Made by a program: the position numbers and the translations under genes
Assembly: GCA_964609365.1 (NCBI GenBank)
Contig: CAZSRC010000001.1
Span: 1 to 59,609, forward strand
Direction: 5' to 3'
Source of the DNA: an uncultured Gammaproteobacteria bacterium
GTDB taxonomy: Bacteria > Patescibacteriota > Patescibacteriia > Patescibacteriales > UBA12465
Length of the DNA stretch: 59,609 bases
Shown here: one piece after another, positions 26,634 to 35,068 of the stretch
Numbering within the stretch: position 1 is the first letter of the stretch
Layout of the letters: the number at the start of each line of letters is the position of its first letter
The notes under the pieces: model-generated
Told to the model about the DNA's origin: nothing
The model's database searches: none
What the model saw: only the letters and a program-made list of their open reading frames with translations

Positions 26634-28772
26634 ATGGAAAATTTAGTTATTGTTTTAATTGCCTCAGGGCTATCTATCGCAGCCTTTATTTGGGCTAATC
26701 GTTGGACTAATATTCAAAAAACGCAGTTATTAGGAGAAGACGCTATGATCAAAATTTCTGATTACATCAAAGAGGGGACTATAAGTTTTCTTAAGCGACA
26801 GTACTCAACAGCGGCAAAGATTATGCTTTTTTTCTTTATTGTGTTAATTGTATTGGCTTATAACGGTTTTGTGAGTTGGTATACTCCATTTGCTGTTATA
26901 TCTGGTGCTTTCTTCTCGGCCTTGTCTGCCTATTTTGGTATGATAGCAGCCACAAAAGCTAATGTTATATGTGCGTCTCACACAATTTCTGGGATTAGAA
27001 AGGCTTTTAAGGCTGGTATAATAGGAGCATCAGTTATGGGCTTTGCTGTTTGCGGATTTGGTTTATTTGATTTAGGTCTTTGGTATGCTTTGATTTATTT
27101 TACCAACCAAACCTTATCAGAAGCAGAAATGATGCATATTATTACGGCAACTGTTATAACATTTTCCTTTGGTGCTAGTTTTATGGCTTTCATGGCTAGA
27201 GTTGCTGGCGGTATTTACACAAAATCAGCTGATTGCGCTGCTGATATAGTTGGAAAAGGAGAGCTAGAAATGGATGAAGATGATCCTAGAAATCCTGCAG
27301 TCATAGCCGATAATGTTGGTGATAATGCTTCTGATGTAGCTGGTATGGGCCAAGATTTAAATGAATCTTATGTTGGTGGAAATGCAGCTGCTATGGAAGC
27401 TGGTTTTCAATCTTTCACATCTTTTTCTGTTTATTTTGGCGTAGCTATTTCAGTATCTTTATTGGTTATGGTACCTCTATCTATTTCAGCTATTGGTATA
27501 GTAGCTTCTATAATTGGTCTTTTATCTATTAGAGCAAAAAGCTCCGATTTGAAAGATCTTTTAAATGCCGTTAGAAAGGGAGTTTATGTAAGCTCTTTAA
27601 TAATAGCAATTGGATCTGCTTTAGTTATTTATTATTCTTTTGGTAATTTTAATTATTTTTATGCTGTTATAATTGGTTTAATAACAGGAAATTTAATATC
27701 ATTTATCTCAGAATATTTTACTAGCGCAACATTTAAGCCAGTAAGGGAATTAGCTAAAAAGGCCTCAGGTGGTCATTCTAGTGTCATTATTGAAGGTATA
27801 GCAATAGGGAAGGAAAGTGCTTTATTTACTTGCCTTGCACTTGTTATTGGAATGCTTTCTGCTTACTATGTTTCTGGTCATGGAAATTATGATTTAGGTA
27901 TTTATGGAGTAAGTTTAGCTGCCGTGGCAATGTTATCAACTCTACCTATAACTTTAACTATTGATGCTTTTGGGCCAATAGCTGATAATGCTCAGGGTCT
28001 ATTAGAAATGAGTGGAGTTAAGGGCGAAAGATTAAAGATAGCAAACAGTTTAGATTCTCTTGGAAATACTACAGCAGCAACCGGTAAGGGTTATGCCATT
28101 GGAAGTGCGGCTTTTGCAGCAATAGCTTTAATTAATGCATTGTGGAATACTATATCCGCATCTATGTTAAAAATTAATCTCTCTGCTGATATTATTAATT
28201 TAAAAATTACTAATATTTGGGTTTTAGCAGGATTAATGTTAGGGGTATCCGTTCCATTTTTATTTTCAGCAAAGCTTTTAAGAGCTGTTGGTAATACTAC
28301 GCTTGTAATGATAGAGGAAATTAAGAGACAAGTTAGAGAATTGGGTATTATGGAAAATAAAAACCCGCCTGATTATCAGAAATGTATTGATATTAGTGTC
28401 TCTGCTGCTCAAAAATATTCCTTAATACCAGCACTGCTCGTTATTATTATTCCTTTAACTGTTTTTATTTTTGGCGGTCCAGAAATGATAATACCATTTT
28501 TAATTGGATCACTATCATCGGGTTTATCCTTGGCAGTTTTTATGTCAAATGCTGGTGGTGCTTGGGATAATGCAAAAAAGTTAATTGAATCTGGTTTTGG
28601 TGGTGGAAAAAACTCTAGCAGTCATAAGGCTGCAATAACTGGAGATATGGTAGGCGATCCATTTAAGGACACAGCCGGACCATCATTAAATATTTTGATA
28701 AAATTAATGGTAACACTATCAATTTTAATTTCTCAATTTGCAGTTTATTTACACTATATAATTTTAAAATGA
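26634..28772 (+). CDS. hppA: Membrane-bound ion-translocating pyrophosphatase, K+-dependent type
   Basis: 'GDNVGDNASDVAGMGQDL' and 'DAFGPIADNA'. 'GNTTAATGKGYAIGSAA' has Ala (not Lys) in GNTTAA, the marker of the K+-dependent subfamily. More than 14 TM segments. Confidence 0.93.
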   Translation: MENLVIVLIASGLSIAAFIWANRWTNIQKTQLLGEDAMIKISDYIKEGTISFLKRQYSTAAKIMLFFFIVLIVLAYNGFVSWYTPFAVISGAFFSALSAYFGMIAATKANVICASHTISGIRKAFKAGIIGASVMGFAVCGFGLFDLGLWYALIYFTNQTLSEAEMMHIITATVITFSFGASFMAFMARVAGGIYTKSADCAADIVGKGELEMDEDDPRNPAVIADNVGDNASDVAGMGQDLNESYVGGNAAAMEAGFQSFTSFSVYFGVAISVSLLVMVPLSISAIGIVASIIGLLSIRAKSSDLKDLLNAVRKGVYVSSLIIAIGSALVIYYSFGNFNYFYAVIIGLITGNLISFISEYFTSATFKPVRELAKKASGGHSSVIIEGIAIGKESALFTCLALVIGMLSAYYVSGHGNYDLGIYGVSLAAVAMLSTLPITLTIDAFGPIADNAQGLLEMSGVKGERLKIANSLDSLGNTTAATGKGYAIGSAAFAAIALINALWNTISASMLKINLSADIINLKITNIWVLAGLMLGVSVPFLFSAKLLRAVGNTTLVMIEEIKRQVRELGIMENKNPPDYQKCIDISVSAAQKYSLIPALLVIIIPLTVFIFGGPEMIIPFLIGSLSSGLSLAVFMSNAGGAWDNAKKLIESGFGGGKNSSSHKAAITGDMVGDPFKDTAGPSLNILIKLMVTLSILISQFAVYLHYIILK

Positions 28773-28947
28773 GAAAAATCAATAATTATTTAAGAAAATT
28801 ACAAGAAAAATTTTTTAATTATGGAACTATTAATACATCACCAAGATGGATAATAGTAAAAAGAAAAAAAATTAGACAAGAAAAAATTAAATTCAAAAAG
28901 ACTAATGTATTTAGAAATTTTGATCATAGAAGAATGTAGAATCTTCA

Positions 28948-28972
28948 AAGAGGACCAAAGGTCCTCTTTTTA
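28948..28972 (+). terminator. Rho-independent terminator after hppA and the small ORF
   Basis: 9-bp stem aagaggacc/ggtcctctt, AAA loop, T-run. Confidence 0.7.
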
Positions 28973-28973
28973 T

Positions 28974-29002
28974 TTGACTAATTAAAAATAAAGTTGTATT
29001 AT
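28974..29002 (+). promoter_or_regulatory. typA promoter (TTGACT-N17-TATTAT)
   Basis: TTGACT at 28974-28979, 17-nt spacer, TATTAT at 28997-29002. Confidence 0.5.
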
Positions 29003-29037
29003 TTTTATATTAGTAGATATAGAGTTTTCTTTATATC

Positions 29038-29066
29038 AATTACGCTTTTTGCGTAATTTTTTATTT
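29038..29066 (+). terminator. Terminator-like hairpin within the typA leader
   Basis: 8-bp stem aattacgc/gcgtaatt (29038-29045 / 29051-29058), TTTTT loop, followed by TTTTATTTTTT. It lies downstream of the promoter and about 27 nt before the typA ATG. Confidence 0.5.
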
Positions 29067-29092
29067 TTTAAAATAAATTAACATAAAAAAAT

Positions 29093-30883
29093 ATGGAAAT
29101 AAGAAATATTGCCATTATAGCTCACGTTGATCATGGCAAAACAACTTTAACAGATTCTTTAATGCGTCAAACTGGGATGTCTTCTTCGGAAACCAGTATG
29201 GACAGCAATGATCTAGAAAAAGAAAGAGGTATAACTATTTATTCAAAAAATACATCAATTTTTTATAAAGACACAAAAATAAATATTGTTGATACACCTG
29301 GTCATGCTGATTTTAGCTCAGAAGTAGAGAGAATTTTAAGATCAATTGATTGTGTTTTATTATTAGTTGATGCACAAGAAGGGCCAATGCCTCAAACTAA
29401 ATTTGTTTTAAAAAAATCTTTAGAATTAGGTCTTAATCCTATCGTTGTTATAAATAAAATTGATAAACCAGCAGCTAGACCAGAGGAGGTTCAGGAAATG
29501 GTTTACGAATTATTTTTAGACTTAGGAGCCAGTGATCAGCAATTAGAATTTCCAGTTGTTTTTGCTGCCTCAAAACAGGGTTTTGCTAAATTAAAATTAG
29601 AAGATGATTCTGATAATTTGAATCCTTTGCTTGATTTAATTTTGGAAAAAGTTAAACCAGCTTCCAACTCAGAATTGGAAAAAGAAATTTTAACAGTACA
29701 GCCATTTAATTTGGCCTATGATAATTTTTTGGGTCGTTTAGCTATTTGCAGAATATATGGAGGAATAATAAAATCAGGACAGGAAGTATTTGTAAAAACT
29801 TTAGAAAACGAAACTAGATCTAGGAGAGTAACAAAACTTTTTACATTTAGTGGATTAGAGAGAAAAGAAGTTAATGAGGCCAGGGCTGGTGATATTATTA
29901 TGATAGCTGGTTTACCAAATATCTATATCGGTGAAACAATTTGTGAAAAAGCGGATCAAGATGCTTTACCAGCAATTAAAATTGACGAACCTACTATATC
30001 TCTTGATTTTTTAATTAATAATTCTCCTTTTGCTGGACGTGAAGGAAAATTTGTTACTAATAGACAGTTAAAAGAAAGACTGGAAAAGGAATTAGAGATC
30101 AATGTTGGCTTAAGAATTGATTTTTCAGATTTGAGTTTCTATAAAGTTTACGGAAGAGGCGAATTACATATTGCAATTTTATTGGAAAACCTAAGAAGAG
30201 AAGGTTATGAATTACAAGTCTCTCAACCTCAAGTAATTATAAAAAATATTGATGGGGTTGATTATGAGCCTTTTGAAGAGATCACAATTGATGTACCAGA
30301 GGAAATGTCCGGAGTGGTAATTGAAAAATTATCAAAAAGGAAGGGTCAGATAACTAATATAAAAAATCAAAATGGCCAATCTAGATTAATATTTGAAATT
30401 CCTACCAGAGGAATATTAGGTTATAGAAATGAATTTGTTGTTGATACTAAGGGAGAGGGAATTTTATGTTCACATTTTCTTGATTTTAAACCTCATGTTG
30501 GAAAAATAGAAAAAAATGAACTAGGATCTATGATTTCCATGATAGCTGGAAAAGCTTTGGCTTATTCTCTTTGGAATTTACAAGAAAGAGGGTCTTTATA
30601 TATTGTTCCGAATGTCGATGTTTATGAGGGAATGGTTATTGGTAGTGTTTCTAAGGGCAATGATTTAAATGTTAATCCTATTAAAGGAAAGCAACTAACT
30701 AATGTTAGAGCCTCTGGATCAGATGATGCAATCAAGTTGACTCCACCAGTGGAGCTGAGCTTGGAAATTGGTCTAAGTATAATAAACGAAGATGAATACT
30801 TGGAAGTAACACCAAAAAATATTAGACTAAGAAAAAAATGCTTAACAGAAGTAGAGAGAAATAGATCAAAAAAAACAAAATAA
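29093..30883 (+). CDS. typA: Translational GTPase TypA/BipA
   Basis: IRNIAIIAHVDHGKTTL, DTPGHADF, NKIDK, and a length of 596 aa with an EF-G-like domain order. Confidence 0.95.
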   Translation: MEIRNIAIIAHVDHGKTTLTDSLMRQTGMSSSETSMDSNDLEKERGITIYSKNTSIFYKDTKINIVDTPGHADFSSEVERILRSIDCVLLLVDAQEGPMPQTKFVLKKSLELGLNPIVVINKIDKPAARPEEVQEMVYELFLDLGASDQQLEFPVVFAASKQGFAKLKLEDDSDNLNPLLDLILEKVKPASNSELEKEILTVQPFNLAYDNFLGRLAICRIYGGIIKSGQEVFVKTLENETRSRRVTKLFTFSGLERKEVNEARAGDIIMIAGLPNIYIGETICEKADQDALPAIKIDEPTISLDFLINNSPFAGREGKFVTNRQLKERLEKELEINVGLRIDFSDLSFYKVYGRGELHIAILLENLRREGYELQVSQPQVIIKNIDGVDYEPFEEITIDVPEEMSGVVIEKLSKRKGQITNIKNQNGQSRLIFEIPTRGILGYRNEFVVDTKGEGILCSHFLDFKPHVGKIEKNELGSMISMIAGKALAYSLWNLQERGSLYIVPNVDVYEGMVIGSVSKGNDLNVNPIKGKQLTNVRASGSDDAIKLTPPVELSLEIGLSIINEDEYLEVTPKNIRLRKKCLTEVERNRSKKTK

Positions 30884-30889
30884 ATCTAA

Positions 30890-31318
30890 ATGAAATCCTT
30901 GTGGACAAAAATAGATAAAATTTTTATATCTAATAATGGTGTTTTTTTTACAAAAAAAAAGATAATAAAAAAAAATAAAAAAAATAACTTTTTTTATTTA
31001 AAATACAAGGAAGCAGCTCGTCGTTTAATTAGTAAGAAGGTGGAGGAATTTAATTTATTTTATAATTATAAAATAAACAAAATTAGTATCAGGGATCAAA
31101 AAACTCGCTGGGCTAGTTGCTCTAGGAGTGCAAATTTAAATTTTAATTATAAGATAATTTTTCTTCCCGAAGATTTAATTAATTATATAGTTGTTCATGA
31201 GATATGTCATTTAGGTGAGTTCAATCATTCTAAAAATTTTTGGAAACTTTTAGAAAAAAAAATTCCTAATTATCTAGTAGTCAGGAAAAAATTAAAATAT
31301 ATTAGAATTAATTTTTAA
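30890..31318 (+). CDS. YgjP/DUF45-like (M48-related) zinc metallohydrolase, N-terminally shortened
   Basis: 'IRDQKTRWASCSRSANLNFNYKIIFLP..LINYIVVHEICHL.EFNHSKNFWKLLEKKIPNY' is the conserved DUF45 catalytic half. The N-terminal third is K/N-rich low-complexity sequence encoded by A/T homopolymers. Confidence 0.7.
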   Translation: MKSLWTKIDKIFISNNGVFFTKKKIIKKNKKNNFFYLKYKEAARRLISKKVEEFNLFYNYKINKISIRDQKTRWASCSRSANLNFNYKIIFLPEDLINYIVVHEICHLGEFNHSKNFWKLLEKKIPNYLVVRKKLKYIRINF

Positions 31319-31818
31319 AAATTAATTTTTTTTATTTTATAGACAATATTTTTATTATTTATATTTAGAGAGAATTTTTCTCCACTTGATCTTCCTAGTA
31401 AAGCACTACCTAGTGGGGAGCTGTAAGAAATGAAACCTTTGCTAGGATTACTTTCTAGTGAACCAAGAATTTGAAAATTTCTAACACTTCCATTTATCTC
31501 TAGTTCAATAGTACTACCAATTTCTATTTTTTTACTATATTTATTATTTTCTATTATCTCTGCCCTAGACAAGAGATTCTCAATACTCAATATTTTACTA
31601 TTAGTTCTTCTTAGTCTATATTTAGATTCTTGGTAACCAGCATTTTCAGAGTAATCTCCTCCGGTTGATAATTCTTTTACCTCTTCTATTTGAATTGGTA
31701 AAACTTCTTTTTTTAGTTTATTTAAATTGCTTTGAAGTTGTTTATATTTCTCTATGGTTATCTTTGGTTCTATTTTTTCTCTTGGTATTTTATCGTTTTT
31801 TCTAGTTGGAACTCTCAT
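31315..31818 (-). CDS. greA: Transcription elongation factor GreA
   Basis: 'ITIEKYKQLQSNLNKLK......IEEVKELSTGGDYSENAGYQESK' coiled-coil finger, and a C-terminal 'SYSSPLGSALLGRSSGE' domain. Confidence 0.9.
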   Translation of the reverse strand: MRVPTRKNDKIPREKIEPKITIEKYKQLQSNLNKLKKEVLPIQIEEVKELSTGGDYSENAGYQESKYRLRRTNSKILSIENLLSRAEIIENNKYSKKIEIGSTIELEINGSVRNFQILGSLESNPSKGFISYSSPLGSALLGRSSGEKFSLNINNKNIVYKIKKINF

Positions 31819-32677
31819 CTTTTTTTATATAAATATTAGTATTAGAAAATGCTGTATCTATTTTATTTTCTTTTAATGTATTATATATCAAAGCTGTGGC
31901 TTCTATTTTTTTATCAAATACTTGAGCATAATCATCTACCCAAAATCTTAACTCCCAATTTAAATTATTCAACAACATTTCAGTCATAATTATTTCAATT
32001 TCATGATCCTTGCTTATATCTTTTATATTCTCTTTAATTTTTTTATATATATAATTTTTTACCTCCTCTATATCAATTCCATAAGCAGTATTAAAATTAA
32101 TCACCACCCTAGATTTACTACTTGGCTGATTGAAGTTGCCTATATTCATTTCTGATAGTTTTCCATTTGCTATTGTTAATAGATCATTATTAAAAGTTAT
32201 TATTTTTGTGCTTCTGATACTAATAGAATCAACAATTCCTAGAGCTTTTCCATCTAAGGCTATTCTATCTCCAACTCTTATAGTTTTATCTAGTATTAAA
32301 GATATTCCTCCAAAAATATTTTTTAAAGTATCCTGCATTGCAAAACCAATCACTAAACCAAAAACACCAACACCAGCTAATAACGGCACTATATTAAAAC
32401 CCCAAATATATAAAATCCATATAAAAGCAGTTATTACGAGGGCCACCGTGATAGCCTTTTTAAATAATGGACCCAGAGAATCTATTGTTTTACTTTTATA
32501 TTTATTTTTAAAATTATTAGACCAAATTTTAAAGATAATATTATTTGCAAGTCTAGCAAAATAAAGAATAAAAAGAACTAGAATTGATTTAATTAATGTT
32601 CCTAGATAATTCAAGTCATTTATTTTATCTATCTGATCTTTTGTTATTTCTTTTAGCACTGAGATTAAATTTTCCAT
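31802..32677 (-). CDS. MscS-family mechanosensitive channel
   Basis: Three TMs, then 'GFAMQDTLKNIFGGISLILDKTIRVGDRI' and a beta-domain, typical of small-conductance MS channels. Confidence 0.85.
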   Translation of the reverse strand: MENLISVLKEITKDQIDKINDLNYLGTLIKSILVLFILYFARLANNIIFKIWSNNFKNKYKSKTIDSLGPLFKKAITVALVITAFIWILYIWGFNIVPLLAGVGVFGLVIGFAMQDTLKNIFGGISLILDKTIRVGDRIALDGKALGIVDSISIRSTKIITFNNDLLTIANGKLSEMNIGNFNQPSSKSRVVINFNTAYGIDIEEVKNYIYKKIKENIKDISKDHEIEIIMTEMLLNNLNWELRFWVDDYAQVFDKKIEATALIYNTLKENKIDTAFSNTNIYIKKDESSN

Positions 32678-32692
32678 ATGTTTTTTAAAAAA

Positions 32693-33379
32693 TTATATAT
32701 TTATGTCTAAGTCTTCTTTTTCAATTTCTTTCTCTATTGTTTTTTTCTCTTTTTTAAAATTAATAAAAATAAAAACCAATAAAGATCCGAGTAGTATTCC
32801 AATAATATTCATTAATATAAAAATTATTATTTTTTTAGATAAAGCAAAATCTAGTGAAAATAAGGTTAATCCCAGTAAAGATATAGGGGGCATTATTGTT
32901 ACTGCGATAGCAACTCCGGATAAGTAATCTTTTGAATTTTTTCTAGTCCAAGCATAACTCGCTATAATACCAGAAATTACTGCAATTAAAAAATTAATTG
33001 AAGATAAGTTTACCCTACTTATCATTTCAATTTTATTAATATCCACTACAAATAAAACCCCCAATAAAAATGATGCTAAAATAGCTATTATAATAGCCGG
33101 AATTAAAACTAAAAAAGATCTAATCATCATTTTAAAATTAAAAACCACTAATGCGATTGATATGGCTAGTATTGGTGATAAAAGGGGAGCAACAATCATT
33201 CCGGCTATGACCAATACTAGGTTATTGGAAATTAAACCTAATGTCGTTATTAGAGATGAAAATAAAACCATTAAATAAAAATCAGTTTTAGGTGCGCTTG
33301 ATTCAATAAGATTAAATATAAAATCTTTATTTCCATTACAACTTCTTTTAAATTTTATTAATTTTCTTAATTTAAACAT
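32693..33379 (-). CDS. DUF389 family membrane protein
   Basis: 'FYLMVLFSSLITTLGLISNNLVLVIAGMIVAPLLSPI' and a repeated TM pattern characteristic of DUF389. Confidence 0.65.
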   Translation of the reverse strand: MFKLRKLIKFKRSCNGNKDFIFNLIESSAPKTDFYLMVLFSSLITTLGLISNNLVLVIAGMIVAPLLSPILAISIALVVFNFKMMIRSFLVLIPAIIIAILASFLLGVLFVVDINKIEMISRVNLSSINFLIAVISGIIASYAWTRKNSKDYLSGVAIAVTIMPPISLLGLTLFSLDFALSKKIIIFILMNIIGILLGSLLVFIFINFKKEKKTIEKEIEKEDLDINI

Positions 33380-33413
33380 TTTTGTTGATATTTATTATTA
33401 ATCATACTAATAG

Positions 33414-33440
33414 TTTAATCAATTTAATCAATTTAATCAA
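33414..33440. repeat. Three perfect tandem copies of the 9-mer TTTAATCAA (minus strand TTGATTAAA)
   Basis: Read directly at 33414-33422, 33423-33431 and 33432-33440. Located in the promoter region of the DUF389 gene. Confidence 0.9.
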
Positions 33441-33442
33441 AT

Positions 33443-33466
33443 AAAAAAACAGAATTTTTATTCTGT
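33443..33466 (-). terminator. Terminator of the small lexA-divergent gene
   Basis: Stem acagaat/attctgt, TTTT loop, T-run on the minus strand. Confidence 0.6.
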
Positions 33467-33491
33467 CCTTTTATTTGTGACTATTTTTTGT

Positions 33492-33752
33492 TTAAGCCAT
33501 TTGCAGGCTTTGGCTAATAAATTTTTTAATTCTAATTCTATTTCTTGGGTTTTCCTCTTTGCAGAACCATAAATACCAGCCCTTCTTTTTTTTACCAGAA
33601 ACCCTTTCTTTTAGGTTCTCTGTCTCTCCAATATCAGCTATCTTGTTTTTACGATCAGCTATAATATAAATACCAGCCTCATTTTTAAAATTAGCACCAA
33701 GTGGAAATTGACCTTTAAATGGAATTCCCTTAAAAATAACTTCTTTGTTCAT
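33492..33752 (-). CDS. Small hypothetical protein with a GIY-YIG-like N-terminal motif, divergent from lexA
   Basis: 86 aa. 'AGIYIIADRKNKIADIGETENLKERV' resembles GIY-(x10)-YIG-xT-xNL-xxR. The remainder is basic and does not clearly complete a nuclease domain. Confidence 0.35.
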   Translation of the reverse strand: MNKEVIFKGIPFKGQFPLGANFKNEAGIYIIADRKNKIADIGETENLKERVSGKKKKGWYLWFCKEENPRNRIRIKKFISQSLQMA

Positions 33753-33899
33753 AGTTTTGTTTAAATATCTTAGTTTTGTAAAAATTAAGATATTTTTAAA
33801 TTAAATTATAAAAGATTATATTTTTATTTTAGCAAAAGAAGAAAATCTTGTCAAGAAGTAAAACTTGTCAATAATAATAAAAAGAATTGACGAAAAACC

Positions 33900-33928
33900 T
33901 TGACAAAGTAAAATATTTAAACTATAAT
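33900..33928 (+). promoter_or_regulatory. lexA promoter, perfect TTGACA-N17-TATAAT
   Basis: TTGACA at 33900-33905, 17-nt spacer, TATAAT at 33923-33928, and the ATG at 33956. Confidence 0.6.
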
Positions 33929-33955
33929 TATTATATAAATTAATAAAATAAAAGT

Positions 33956-34588
33956 ATGCATGATATTCAAAAAAAAATAATAAAATTGACAAGTGAAAAG
34001 GACTTATCCACAATGACGCTTCGGGATATAGGAGAGGGTGTTGGATTGGGCAGGGAAAAGCCTCAGATAACCAAACATCATCTTCAGCAGTTAGTAAAAA
34101 GAGGATTTTTAAAAAATAAGGATGGAAAATATTCAAAAATTAATATTAAAAATGAGGATAAAAAAAGTAATCTATTGTCTTTGCCGATTTATGGACTAGC
34201 AAATTGTGGCGAGGCTATATCGATAGCTGATGATAGTATTCAGGGGTATTTAAAAGTATCACCAAAAATAACAAAAAATAAGAAAAATATTTTTGTTGTT
34301 AAAGCAAAGGGCAACTCTATGAATAAAGCTTTTATTGCCAATGAAAACATTGAAGATGGTGATTATGTTTTAATAGATGCTGATAATAAAAATCCAGAAA
34401 ACAATGATATTATTCTCTCTATTATTGATGGAGCTGCTAATATTAAAAAATTTAAAAAAGATAATAAGAGGTCTATGATTAGCCTACTCTCAGAATCAAG
34501 CTCTAGTTATGAGCCAATTTACATACATCAAGATGATCAAGATTATTATTCCGTAGCTGGAAAAGTTTTTGCAGTCCTGAAGAGTTAA
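33956..34588 (+). CDS. lexA: LexA-like S24 family repressor
   Basis: N-terminal wHTH ('MTLRDIGEGVGL......HHLQQLVKRGFL'). Linker 'GLANCGEAI' is at the cleavage-site position. 'AKGNSMNKA' carries the catalytic Ser and 'AANIKKF' the catalytic Lys. Confidence 0.8.
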   Translation: MHDIQKKIIKLTSEKDLSTMTLRDIGEGVGLGREKPQITKHHLQQLVKRGFLKNKDGKYSKINIKNEDKKSNLLSLPIYGLANCGEAISIADDSIQGYLKVSPKITKNKKNIFVVKAKGNSMNKAFIANENIEDGDYVLIDADNKNPENNDIILSIIDGAANIKKFKKDNKRSMISLLSESSSSYEPIYIHQDDQDYYSVAGKVFAVLKS

Positions 34589-34666
34589 AACATTTTAAAT
34601 ATTGCTTTTTATTAGGATATTATATATTATTATATAGTATCCTTTTTAAAATTAAATTAAAAAAAT

Positions 34667-35050
34667 ATGATTTTTGAGTGGTTACCAATTTATTCTGTTA
34701 ATGTCAGTGAGATAGATGAGCAACATAAAAAAATGTTCGATATATTGAATAAGGTTTTTAGTGAGAAATTAGATGGAGATGTTTTTTTAAGTAATATTAT
34801 GAAAGAACTGGATGATTATTCTTTGTATCACTTTGAAACAGAGGAGAAATATTTTAGTCAATTTAATTATCCCAAAGAAGAGGAGCATAAAAGATTGCAT
34901 CAAGAATATGTTGAATCTATTAATAATTTTAAAAAAAATAATGTAAAAGAGTCAGAATTGAAGGATTTTTTAAAGAATTGGTGGTTTGATCACGTTCAGG
35001 GAGCTGATCAGGAGTATTCAATATTTTTTAATAAAAATGGTTTATTTTAA
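34667..35050 (+). CDS. Bacteriohemerythrin-like protein
   Basis: 'FEWLPIYSVNVSEIDEQHKKMF', 'HFETEEKYF', 'EHKRLHQEY' and 'WWFDHVQGADQEY' together supply the His/Glu/Asp di-iron ligand pattern. Confidence 0.85.
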   Translation: MIFEWLPIYSVNVSEIDEQHKKMFDILNKVFSEKLDGDVFLSNIMKELDDYSLYHFETEEKYFSQFNYPKEEEHKRLHQEYVESINNFKKNNVKESELKDFLKNWWFDHVQGADQEYSIFFNKNGLF

Positions 35051-35068
35051 TTAATTATTTTAAATAAT

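Noticed and set aside
24644-28772. Possibility of an alternative genetic code (UGA recoded, as in some candidate phyla).
   Set aside because: Conserved full-length genes (gltX at 24644-24646, hppA at 28770-28772) terminate at TGA at the expected protein length, and all long ORFs are intact under the standard code.
33816-34136. 106-aa minus-strand ORF spanning the lexA promoter and the lexA 5' end.
   Set aside because: It overlaps a perfect TTGACA-N17-TATAAT promoter and the conserved wHTH-coding part of lexA. It has no SD and no recognisable domain.
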